From Meiothermus sp. (GTDB taxonomy: Bacteria > Deinococcota > Deinococci > Deinococcales > Thermaceae), in NCBI GenBank assembly GCA_033762915.1, contig JANRLD010000094.1, positions 16,469 through 48,468 of the forward strand: a stretch of DNA of 32,000 nt, written 5' to 3'. Under the pieces are notes generated by a model. That model did not search any database. It saw nothing but the letters and a program-made list of their open reading frames with translations, and had not been told where the DNA came from. Every line of letters begins with the position of its first letter. Positions within the stretch are counted from its first letter, which is position 1. Shown piece after piece: positions 1 through 8,003 of the stretch. The position numbers and the translations under genes are program-made.

Positions 1-76
1 ATGGTGAGCGGCCATCCGACCAACCGCCTGTCCGAAATGGCGGAAAGTGCAGATTGCGCTACCAAGCGCCTTGCTC

Positions 77-96
77 GGACGCACAGCCGTGCGTCC
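77..96 (-). terminator. Hairpin downstream of cinA (GGACGCAC-agcc-GTGCGTCC)
   Basis: Perfect 8-bp stem with a 4-nt loop about 13 nt beyond the cinA stop codon. No clear U-tract. Confidence 0.35.
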
Positions 97-109
97 CTAC
101 GGGGAAACA

Positions 110-1315
110 TCACCCCTCACCCCGCAGTTCGGAGACCAGGAAGGCCAGGGCGGCGTGGGCGGCACGCCCTCGGAGCATCTCGCGGTTGGCTCCGGGGAGG
201 CGCACATGCTTGTGCTTGACGCCCCCTGGGGTCGCCAGACCAATGTAGACGGTGCCGACCGGCTGGCCCTCGAGTTCGTCCGGCCCCGCCACACCGGTCG
301 TGGACAGCGCGTAGGTGGTCTCGAGGTTGGCCCTGGTTTGCTCCGCCATCGCCTCGGCGAAGGTGGCGGTGATGAAGCCGCCCTGCCCGGCCTCGCCGCT
401 CACCAGCTTGGCCTTGACCCCGCCACCATAGCCGATCAGGCCGCCCGCGTAGACCCTGGAAGCACCCGCCGCGCTGGTCAGGAGCTGGCCCAGCAGCCCC
501 CCGGTCATGGACTCGAGGGTGGAGAGGGTAGCGCCGCGGGCCTCGAGCAACCTTAGCACGCCCTGCGGCAGGGTCTCGCTGCCCTCGCCCCAGACGAACT
601 CGGCGATCAGGGGCTTGATTTGGGCGGCGAAGCGCTCCACGCCTGTCGGCTCGCCGCGCACCACCACGTGAACGCCGTCCATCTTGGCGTAGGTGCCTAC
701 CTCCACATCACCTTCGCGCCGGAACAGGTCGCCCAGCAGTTCGACGATCCGCGACTCGCCCAGCCCGAAAGTCTTGTAGGTCACCTGCGCGTAGGGCTCG
801 GAGGGCAGGTTCAGCTTGGGGAGCACCTCGGCCCACATCGGCTTCCACTCGCCCGGCGGCCCCGGCAGACAGACCAAATCCTTGCCGTCTCTGGAAATCC
901 ACCAGCCGGGCGCGGTACCCCTGGGGTTCTCGAGCCAGACCGCGCTGGGAATCTTCATGGCCTGCTTGCGGTTGGCCTCGGGCATCTTCCAGCCCCGGCC
1001 CGCGAACAGCGCCTCGAGCCAGGCCAGCTTCTCGGGGTCGAGGCTCATCTCCTCACCCAGCGCCAGCGCGACGGCCTCGCGGGTCACATCGTCCGGGGTC
1101 GGCCCCAGCCCGCCAGAGAGCACCGTGAGCCGGGCCGAGTTCCAGGCCGAGCGCACCTCGGCAGCCAGGACCTCGAGGTCGTCGGCCACCCGCAGCGTCC
1201 GGCGCACCGCCACCTTGTAGGGCTGCAGGCTCCGCGCGATGTCAGAGGTGTTGGTGTCGTTGGTCTCCCCGTACAAGAGTTCATCCCCCACGCCGATAAT
1301 TTCTGTTAACAGCAT
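110..1315 (-). CDS. cinA: CinA-family competence/damage-inducible protein (MoCF-binding domain plus NMN amidohydrolase PncC-like domain)
   Basis: 401-aa ORF. The N-terminus MLLTEIIGVGDELLYGETNDTNTSDIA is the typical CinA start. LSGGLGPTPDDVTREA is the MoCF-biosynthesis-like motif. The C-terminal half has ESMTGGLLG and STTGVAGP, typical of the PncC deamidase domain. Confidence 0.9.
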   Translation of the reverse strand: MLLTEIIGVGDELLYGETNDTNTSDIARSLQPYKVAVRRTLRVADDLEVLAAEVRSAWNSARLTVLSGGLGPTPDDVTREAVALALGEEMSLDPEKLAWLEALFAGRGWKMPEANRKQAMKIPSAVWLENPRGTAPGWWISRDGKDLVCLPGPPGEWKPMWAEVLPKLNLPSEPYAQVTYKTFGLGESRIVELLGDLFRREGDVEVGTYAKMDGVHVVVRGEPTGVERFAAQIKPLIAEFVWGEGSETLPQGVLRLLEARGATLSTLESMTGGLLGQLLTSAAGASRVYAGGLIGYGGGVKAKLVSGEAGQGGFITATFAEAMAEQTRANLETTYALSTTGVAGPDELEGQPVGTVYIGLATPGGVKHKHVRLPGANREMLRGRAAHAALAFLVSELRGEG

Positions 1316-1443
1316 AATTGGTCTCCGGTTTTATTGCAAGAGGCGGTGAAGGCCAAAGGCGGAAAGGGAGAAGAGGAAAGCGGAAAAGCAGGCAAAAACG
1401 GGATGCACGTGGTTTCTGGTTCCTCCCCGCCCTCTCCTGGCAT

Positions 1444-2442
1444 TTAGATTCCTGGCACCAAATCCAGCGGCAGCAGCGCCAGGGTGGCGGAAGTCTCGCC
1501 CACCTGGACCTGGTCGCCGACGTTGAGTTCCTTGCGCACCAGGGCCAGGGCCAGGGCACCCAGCTTGGGGGAGACCACGGAGGTCTTGACCTCGCCGACT
1601 TTCTTGCCGTCGCGCAGGACGGGCGAACCGCTGAACATCTCTTTCTGGCCCAGCAGGCCCATCACCTGATAGCGGGTATTGCCGCGCGCCTCGAGCCGCG
1701 CCATGATCTCCTGACCCAGGTAGCAGCCCTTCTTGTAGCTGACGCGGTACTCCCAGCCGACCTCCTGGGGCAACTCGCCCAGGCTGTCCTCGAGGTCGGC
1801 GATGCCGCGCTCGACGCGCCAGATGCGCCAGGCCTCGCGGCCCGTGGGCTTGGCCCCGGCCATAATCAGCGCTTTGGCCAGGGCTTCGGCCTTGCCCGCC
1901 AGCACCCACAGCCACGCGCCGTACTCGTCCCGGGCCATCACCCAGTCCTCGGTCGCGCTCACGCCCCAGACGCCGGGGAACTGCTCGGTCAGGCTCCTGG
2001 CCACGTAGCCGGTCTGGAGGCCATTCAGGCGCAACAGCACCCACCCCTCGGGCTGGGCGATCTCCACCGCGTCGAAGATGATATAGCGGCGAAAGCGCTC
2101 GGCCAGGGCGGGGGCGGTGCGGGCGGCAATCCAGAGCTTTTCGCCGCGCCGCACCACCAGGGCGGCGTGCTCGACCTGGCCCCGGTTGTTAAGGAAGCAG
2201 GTTTCGAGCCAGCCCTCCTCGGGCATCTTCTTGATATTGGAAGTGCACTGGTTGTGGACGAACTCGAGGGCGTCCTTGCCGCTGACCTCGAGCAGCCCGT
2301 AGTCGGAGAAGTCCAGCAGGGCGGGGCCGTAGTCGAGGGACTCGAGCTCGACCCGCAGCGAGTTGTAGTTCCACACCACCTCGCGCTCGCCCTCGTAGCC
2401 CCAGGAGGCTCCCAGGGTGTCGTGCAATGAACGCAACCGCAT
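1444..2442 (-). CDS. ygfZ: YgfZ/GcvT-like folate-binding protein
   Basis: Aminomethyltransferase-like fold with the YgfZ signature KGCYLGQE near the C-terminus. I prefer the internal start MRLRSLHD (2442) over the track start at 2478. Confidence 0.8.
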   Translation of the reverse strand: MRLRSLHDTLGASWGYEGEREVVWNYNSLRVELESLDYGPALLDFSDYGLLEVSGKDALEFVHNQCTSNIKKMPEEGWLETCFLNNRGQVEHAALVVRRGEKLWIAARTAPALAERFRRYIIFDAVEIAQPEGWVLLRLNGLQTGYVARSLTEQFPGVWGVSATEDWVMARDEYGAWLWVLAGKAEALAKALIMAGAKPTGREAWRIWRVERGIADLEDSLGELPQEVGWEYRVSYKKGCYLGQEIMARLEARGNTRYQVMGLLGQKEMFSGSPVLRDGKKVGEVKTSVVSPKLGALALALVRKELNVGDQVQVGETSATLALLPLDLVPGI

Positions 2443-2716
2443 GGCGTTTAGTCTACGCCCTGGATGTGCGGAACACACGAAGCGAGGTCACTTATGGGCG
2501 GGCACCAGGAGAGGGCCCCGCCTTAGGCCAGGTCGCCTGCGCTTTTGGGCCTGCCGAGGCGGTAGCGAAAGCGCTCGAGGCGTCGGGCGCTCAACCGCTG
2601 GGGTGGGTTCCGACCCTGACCGGTCCAGCCGTTCGGCCTTTCACCTGTTTGCCCCGTCCTCCGCGGTTGGTAAAAGTGCCGTGTTCCCCTCGAGCCCCGC
2701 CTGATACCCTAGACCC

Positions 2717-3466
2717 ATGGGGGCGAAGTACCGATTCGTGCGGGGGAGCCTGACCCTGCTGCTGCTGCCGCTGGCTTGGGCGGTGTGGGGGCTGGGGCTG
2801 GCGGGGGCGGTCGCACTGATGCCGGTGGGGATCGCGCTGTCGAACTGGGCGGCGGCCAGGGGGCTGGGGCGGATGAGCCGGGGGCTGCCCAGGAGCATCA
2901 GCCTGGCCCTGCGCGGGCTGGGGCTGGGGGTGGTGCTGCTGGCCCTGGCCGACACCGTGCTGGGCTACCGGCTGTGGACGGGCGGCGAGGCGCTGCGCGG
3001 CCTAAACGACGCGCTGTACGTGGCTGGGGCACTTACCGTGGCGGCGGCGGGGGCCGCGTTGCCGTGGGCGGTGGAGGGGCTGGGGCTGCACCCCAAGGGG
3101 CACGCGTTGCGCCAGACGCTGATCGCCTTCGGGTCGGGCGTCCTGCTGACGCTGGGCGTCGCGGCGCTCCAGACGCCGCTGGCGCCGATCCTCTACGTCT
3201 TCCTGGCCATCTCGATCGGCCTGGCGGTGCTGTTCTTGCTCGAGGCCCAGGCCATGCACAACATCCGGCTCAGCCAGGGCATCCGGGCGATCGTGTGGGC
3301 CCTGGCGCTGGTGGCGGTGGGGCGGATCGTGGGCTCGTTCGGGGGCGCCGAGCCGTCGCAGCTCACCCTGGCGCTCTACGGCCTGTTCTGGCTGGCGGCG
3401 ATGAGCCTGCTGGCCTGGGTGGGGCACCTCCAGCGCTTCCAGGCCCGGCGGGCCACTTCGGGCTAG
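2717..3466 (+). CDS. Hypothetical multi-pass membrane protein
   Basis: 249-aa ORF with about 7 hydrophobic Leu/Ala/Gly/Val-rich segments and coding-like third-position GC. No recognisable catalytic motif. Confidence 0.55.
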   Translation: MGAKYRFVRGSLTLLLLPLAWAVWGLGLAGAVALMPVGIALSNWAAARGLGRMSRGLPRSISLALRGLGLGVVLLALADTVLGYRLWTGGEALRGLNDALYVAGALTVAAAGAALPWAVEGLGLHPKGHALRQTLIAFGSGVLLTLGVAALQTPLAPILYVFLAISIGLAVLFLLEAQAMHNIRLSQGIRAIVWALALVAVGRIVGSFGGAEPSQLTLALYGLFWLAAMSLLAWVGHLQRFQARRATSG

Positions 3467-3506
3467 GCGCGGAGGACTTTGCAGCACACGGGATTCGGGA
3501 GAGATT

Positions 3507-4016
3507 TTGGCCAAGGTGCAGCTGTTCAGCCGCTCGAGTCTGGTCAAGGCCAACCTCGAGGCCCTCGCGCAGAATTGGCGGTTTGAGCGCGGGGTGACGC
3601 TGGTCCTGGACTACCCCGCCGGGTTCGCCCTCGAGGTACTGCCGATGCTCGAGCCGCCGGTGGTGATCGTCACCCCCAGCCTCTCGCCCTACTACTGGCA
3701 AAACCTGATCGACCACGGACCATCGGCCCTCCTGACCGAGCCCGCCGCCATCGAGGCCGCGCTGACCAAGGCCGCCACCGGCCAGCCCGGCAGCTTCCCC
3801 GCCGTTCCCGCCGACCAGCGCCTGACCCCCCGCGAGCGCGAGGTGCTGGGCCTGCTGGTGAAGGGGATGAGCGACAAGGAAATTGCGCGGGAGCTGGGAC
3901 TCGAGCCCAAGACCGTCTCGCACTGGGTGCTCAACATCCGGGGCAAGATGGGGGCGGAGAACCGGGCGCAAGCCATTCTGATCTACTGGGGATTGCTGCC
4001 GGGTCTGACGGTCTGA
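3507..4016 (+). CDS. LuxR/FixJ-type HTH transcriptional regulator with degenerate receiver-like N-terminal domain
   Basis: The C-terminal LTPREREVLGLLVKGMSDKEIARELGLEPKTVSHWVLNIRGKMGAENRAQA is a canonical LuxR-type HTH. The N-terminal roughly 100 aa has receiver-like periodicity but lacks the acidic DD pair. Start is TTG. Confidence 0.8.
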   Translation: MAKVQLFSRSSLVKANLEALAQNWRFERGVTLVLDYPAGFALEVLPMLEPPVVIVTPSLSPYYWQNLIDHGPSALLTEPAAIEAALTKAATGQPGSFPAVPADQRLTPREREVLGLLVKGMSDKEIARELGLEPKTVSHWVLNIRGKMGAENRAQAILIYWGLLPGLTV

Positions 4017-4125
4017 TCGCGTTCCCCGCCCTTACCTCCCTCGCGGCGGCAGGTAATGTACTCCCTCAAGCAAAAACCGCCCGCTTTAGCGCCGTAGAGA
4101 GAATACGTGGGAATCGCTGTGAGGT

Positions 4126-4923
4126 TTACTTGCGCGTCAGCTTGGCCCCCAGATCGGCGAACCCTAGCGTCAACAGCACGAAGGCCAGGGCGGGCAGGAA
4201 GAGCTGCTCGGCGGCGGCCAGCCACTCGAAGCGGGCGGTGGCGATCATCTGGGCCAGGTCGGGGTTGAGGGGCATGAAGCGGCGCATGGGGACGTTCTCG
4301 AAGCCGCTGCCAAACTCCACCCAGTAGCCCGTGGTGGCGAAGTAGCCCAGCACCGCCAGCTCGGCCATCCACAAGAAGGCCACCCCGATCCCCACCGCCA
4401 TCGCCGAGGGCAGAACTGGGAAGAGGTGCGGCAGAACGTGGCGGGTGAGAATATGCCAGCTCGAGCCCCCCATCGCCCGCGCCCCCTCGATGAAGGGCTC
4501 GAGCAGCACCGTTCGCACCCGCACCGCCACCAGCCGGGCCAAATACACCGCCAGGCCCAGGGCCAGCACCCAGGTGTAGGCCCCGTTGCCCAGCAGCAGG
4601 ATCAGCCCAGCCAGCACGAATATCTCGGCATAGAGCCCAACCGTCAGGCCACGCCAGCCCAGCAGCAGGCCCAGCAGCAGCGCCACCGGCAGGGCCAGCA
4701 GCAGCACGTTCAGGGCGACCTGAAGGCTCTGGCGCACGCCGCGGGCCACCAAACAGGCGGTATCGCGCCCGTCCACGTCGGTCCCCAGCCACGCGCCGGG
4801 GGTGCCGGGGGGCGCGGGCGGTACAACGGTCTGGCCGCCCGCCTGGATCAGGAGCTGGCGCGGGCAGCCTTGCGGCGGGGCCAGCAGGGCGATCAGGAGC
4901 AGCGGGAGCAGTACCCAGCGCAT
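4126..4923 (-). CDS. ABC transporter permease (DppC/OppC-like)
   Basis: Has the LGTDxxGRD motif typical of the N-terminus of peptide/nickel ABC permease subunit C, plus multiple TM segments. Its start overlaps the upstream gene stop (TGATG), which implies translational coupling. Confidence 0.8.
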   Translation of the reverse strand: MRWVLLPLLLIALLAPPQGCPRQLLIQAGGQTVVPPAPPGTPGAWLGTDVDGRDTACLVARGVRQSLQVALNVLLLALPVALLLGLLLGWRGLTVGLYAEIFVLAGLILLLGNGAYTWVLALGLAVYLARLVAVRVRTVLLEPFIEGARAMGGSSWHILTRHVLPHLFPVLPSAMAVGIGVAFLWMAELAVLGYFATTGYWVEFGSGFENVPMRRFMPLNPDLAQMIATARFEWLAAAEQLFLPALAFVLLTLGFADLGAKLTRK

Positions 4924-5744
4924 CAGACCACCCCCCGCTGGCGCGGGTCGAGCCGCCGCGCCAGCGCCTCTACCCCCACCGCATAAGCCCCCGCCATCAG
5001 CAGCAGGAGCAGCAGCCCGCCCGAGGCCTGCGTCGCGGGCATCTGCACCCCCAGGTTCAGCCCCTCCACCGCCCCGCCGCTGGCCAGGATGTTGTAGACC
5101 GAGAGGCCCAGGCCGGGGAACTGCAGGAGCCCCTCCAAGAGCATCACCGCCACCGCCAGCCCGAAGGCCTCACCGGCCAGCAGGCTGACCCCCTCAGGCA
5201 GCGCGACCCTGGCGGCCTTGGCCCGCACCCTCGGCTCACTCAGCCCGATGGCGCGGGCGGTGCGGGTGAAGTCGGCCCCAGCGTACTCTTGGCGGCGCAG
5301 CTCGAGGTACTGCGCCACGCGGGCGGCGGGCGGCAGCAGCAGGGCCAGGGTGAGTACCGCGATCACCCAGGGCTGTCCCGGCTCCAGGGGGGTGAAGAAG
5401 CGGAAGACCGCCGCCAGCCAGAAGATCACGAAGATCGCCAGGGTGAGCAGGAAAAAGCCCGGCAGGCTTCCCAGCAGCCAGCGCACCCCGGCGGGCGCCC
5501 GCTGCAACAGCAGGATAGCCGGCCAGGCCAGGAGCGCTGCCAGGGTGAAGTAAACCCCGGTGGTGGGCAGCCCGACCAGGAACTGCGCCATCGCCCCGCC
5601 GGAGAGGGTCTGCCAGAGGTGCAGCGGGTAGCCCAGCAGGCCCCCCAGGACGCTTCCGAAGCTGACCGCCTCGCCCAGCTCACGCTGGCGCAGTCCCAGG
5701 TACACCAGCAGGTGTACGGGAATCAGGGCCAGCAGTATCCGCAT
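4923..5744 (-). CDS. ABC transporter permease (DppB/OppB-like)
   Basis: DFTRTARAIGLSEPRVRAKAARVALPEGV resembles the DFVRTARAKGLSE EAA-loop region. The C-terminal RRLDPRQR resembles the usual LDPR ending. About 6 TM segments. Confidence 0.75.
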   Translation of the reverse strand: MRILLALIPVHLLVYLGLRQRELGEAVSFGSVLGGLLGYPLHLWQTLSGGAMAQFLVGLPTTGVYFTLAALLAWPAILLLQRAPAGVRWLLGSLPGFFLLTLAIFVIFWLAAVFRFFTPLEPGQPWVIAVLTLALLLPPAARVAQYLELRRQEYAGADFTRTARAIGLSEPRVRAKAARVALPEGVSLLAGEAFGLAVAVMLLEGLLQFPGLGLSVYNILASGGAVEGLNLGVQMPATQASGGLLLLLLMAGAYAVGVEALARRLDPRQRGVV

Positions 5745-5828
5745 CAGGGTCAGGCTACCACCTTGCCCCGCTCATACTGAATCCACCGTTTGGTTAATTG
5801 CCGAGGGTGGGGGATCTCCGGTTAGGCT

Positions 5829-6308
5829 ATGCGAATGGGCTGGGTGCTGATGGCGTTGGGGGTCGCGGCGCTGGTCTGGGCGCTGCGAACCCGGGAGCGC
5901 CGGGCCGAGTGGCTGCTGTGCGTGGCGCTGTTGTTCGGCGTGGGGTTCACCCAGGTGGTGGACTCGCGCAACGTGCCGCAGAACCCCGACTTTGCCAGGG
6001 GGCGCACCAGCCAGGGCTCCTCGAGTGCCCTAACCGGTCAGGCCTTCGGCGGCGGGATCAGCTACAAGGACATCCGCTGGCTCGAGGAGGGCGGCAAACG
6101 CTACATCGCCGGTACGGTCGAGAACACCTTCAGCGAAGCCTGGCGCACGGTCTACGTCAGCTTCGAGGTCTTCGACAGCGCAGGCAACCCCATCGGGGTG
6201 GTGGAGCAGATGTTCATGACGCTCGAGCCCAAAAAGCCGGTGGAGTTCCGCCTCGAGGTAGCCCTCCCCAACGCCAGCCGGTTCACTATTCTGAGATGGA
6301 GCAACTGA
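5829..6308 (+). CDS. Hypothetical membrane-anchored protein (FxLYD-like beta-sandwich C-terminus, tentative)
   Basis: N-terminal TM helix (GWVLMALGVAALVWAL) followed by a roughly 90-aa soluble domain. The start among the M codons at 5829/5835 is uncertain. Confidence 0.5.
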   Translation: MRMGWVLMALGVAALVWALRTRERRAEWLLCVALLFGVGFTQVVDSRNVPQNPDFARGRTSQGSSSALTGQAFGGGISYKDIRWLEEGGKRYIAGTVENTFSEAWRTVYVSFEVFDSAGNPIGVVEQMFMTLEPKKPVEFRLEVALPNASRFTILRWSN

Positions 6309-6349
6309 TATAGAGTCCGTTTGTTCCCTTTTCGTTCGCAAGGGCGTGG

Positions 6350-6381
6350 CGTAGGGGCAACCACAAGGGATCGCCCCTACG
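6350..6381. terminator. Intergenic hairpin between convergent genes (CGTAGGGGC ... GCCCCTACG)
   Basis: 9-bp stem with a 14-nt loop, T-rich upstream and A-rich downstream on the plus strand. It lies between the convergent CDSs ending at 6308 and 6478. Confidence 0.3.
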
Positions 6382-6477
6382 AAAAACCAGCAAGTTTCTC
6401 GGAGCGCGCTTCCTACTGCCTCAGCCAGACCGAGAATACCGAAACACCGACGGGTTGCATCGCCTCTCGAGCCTCCG

Positions 6478-7131
6478 CTAAATCCGGCTGCGGAGTTCTC
6501 GAGCCCGCTCCAGCAGCGGCGTCCCCTTCCCGGCGAGTTGGGCCTGGAACTCCAGCGCGACCACCGTGGCTGGTTTCAATCCGCGCCCGTCGGGGTTGGG
6601 GAAGAGGCTGTCCAGCAGGCCGAAGTCGCGCTCGGAACGCCAGCCCGCCTCTTTCCTGAGCAGGTCGAGGTAGCCCCACTGGAAGCGCTCCTCGGACAGC
6701 TCGCCCTCCAGGAAGCGGTCAAGCAGGTTGGCGTAGGGCTTGAGGCTCACCACCTCGGGGTTCTGCACCGGCTGGCCCACCTCCGGCGGCAGGTGCTGCG
6801 CGAGGAGGGGCTCGAGGTTGTCGGGGTTGATCTTGAAGTTGTCGAGGTCGAAGAGCGGCTTGGCCTTGTGAAAGAGGATGAACTGTGGGCTATGGTGGCG
6901 GATGCCGGTAAGTTCTTCGACGCGGTCGGAGGCGGGGCGGTCTTCGGGGATGCGGATCATCCCCACCGCCACGTCGGGTCGGGGCAGCAGGTATTTCTCG
7001 ACGTAGCCGTAGGCCTCGACGGTCTTGTCGGTGGTGCTGGCCTTAAAGACGGCGGCGTAGAGGTACTGCTGCAGGAAGTGGTTGACCGCTTCGGGGCTGG
7101 TCAGCTGGAAGGAGCGCTCGCGCAAGCTCAT
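6478..7131 (-). CDS. YtxJ/DUF2847-like thioredoxin-fold domain fused to a colicin-immunity-like C-terminal domain
   Basis: VFKASTTDKT ... PEDRPASDRVEELTGIRHHSPQFILF parallels the YtxJ pattern FKHSTTCPIS ... DR.LSN.IA...GV.HESPQ. The C-terminal FLEGELSEERFQWGYLDLLRKE resembles the self-protective colicin-like immunity domain. The start could be 7131 (ATG) or 7161 (TTG). Confidence 0.55.
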   Translation of the reverse strand: MSLRERSFQLTSPEAVNHFLQQYLYAAVFKASTTDKTVEAYGYVEKYLLPRPDVAVGMIRIPEDRPASDRVEELTGIRHHSPQFILFHKAKPLFDLDNFKINPDNLEPLLAQHLPPEVGQPVQNPEVVSLKPYANLLDRFLEGELSEERFQWGYLDLLRKEAGWRSERDFGLLDSLFPNPDGRGLKPATVVALEFQAQLAGKGTPLLERARELRSRI

Positions 7132-7184
7132 GTCGCGATGATAGCGGTGGGGCGGCGGCAAGACCGTTGGGGGGGATGCAAAAG

Positions 7185-7949
7185 TTATGGGCTATCCGTG
7201 GTGAGCGCCTCCATGCCCTCGATCGCGCCCAGCCGCAGGCTGAGGTGGGCGGCGGCGGAGAGCGGGGTTTCCTCGGGGTTGATCTCGATCAGGAAGCCGC
7301 CCGCCCGCCTAGCGAAGCGCCCCAAGCTGGCGGCGGGCTCCACCACCCCGCTGGTGCCGATCACCAGGGCCACCTCGCAGCCGGCAAAGGCCCGCTGGGC
7401 GGCGTCTAGGGCGTCTTCGGGCAGGTACTCGCCGAACCAGACCACGTTGGGGCGGCCCCGGCCGCCGCAGCCCGGACACCGCGGCGGCAACACCAGGGCT
7501 TCTGGCTCAGGCAGCGGAAAGACCTCGCCGCAACGTTCGCACCGCGCTTGGGTCAGGTTGCCGTGGAGCTCGACGACGTTGCTCGAGCCCGCCCGCTGGT
7601 GCAGCCGGTCCACGTTCTGGGTGACGATAACGAGCCCCTCTCCCGCCGGGAGGGGGGAGAGGGGCGAGGGGCTTTTGGCCTGTTCCAGCTCTGCCAGCAG
7701 CTCGTGTGCCCGGTTGGGCCTGGCCTCGAGGACGTTGCGGTAGCGCCAGCCGTACCAGTCCCAGACCTTCTGCGGGTCGCGCCGGTAGGCGCCGGGGGTA
7801 GCGTACTCCTCGATGTCGAAGTCCTTCCACAGCCCCGCCGCGTCGCGGAAGGTGGGGATACCCGAGGGCTTGGAAATCCCCGCGCCGGTGAGCACCGCCA
7901 CACGCTTGGCGGAGCGGAGGCGGGAGCGGGCGGTCTCGAGGGGGCTCAT
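7185..7949 (-). CDS. cobB: NAD-dependent protein deacylase (Sir2/CobB family)
   Basis: Carries GAGIS.PSGIPTFR, TQNVDRLH.RAGS..VVELHG, a CxxC...CxxC zinc ribbon (CERCG...CPGCGG), RPNVVWFGE and VIGTSGVV. Confidence 0.9.
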   Translation of the reverse strand: MSPLETARSRLRSAKRVAVLTGAGISKPSGIPTFRDAAGLWKDFDIEEYATPGAYRRDPQKVWDWYGWRYRNVLEARPNRAHELLAELEQAKSPSPLSPLPAGEGLVIVTQNVDRLHQRAGSSNVVELHGNLTQARCERCGEVFPLPEPEALVLPPRCPGCGGRGRPNVVWFGEYLPEDALDAAQRAFAGCEVALVIGTSGVVEPAASLGRFARRAGGFLIEINPEETPLSAAAHLSLRLGAIEGMEALTTDSP

Positions 7950-8003
7950 AGGGTACTAGGGTAACGGCAAAATCGGCGGTTTTGCCGTTACCCTAATTAC
8001 CGT

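Noticed and set aside
1-109. A possible small RNA or a fourth partial repeat copy at the window start (AATGGCGGAAAGTGCAGATTGCGC loosely resembles CATGGCTGAAGTGCGAACTATCGC of repeat copy A)
   Set aside because: The similarity is short and imperfect, and the region is truncated by the window edge. Only the hairpin at 77-96 is reported.
7185-7949. The Sir2-domain gene as a possible anti-phage defence component
   Set aside because: It is a compact full-length CobB-type deacylase with an intact zinc ribbon and NAD-binding motifs. It sits among housekeeping genes (nnr, thrB) and has no fused or adjacent effector or sensor partner.
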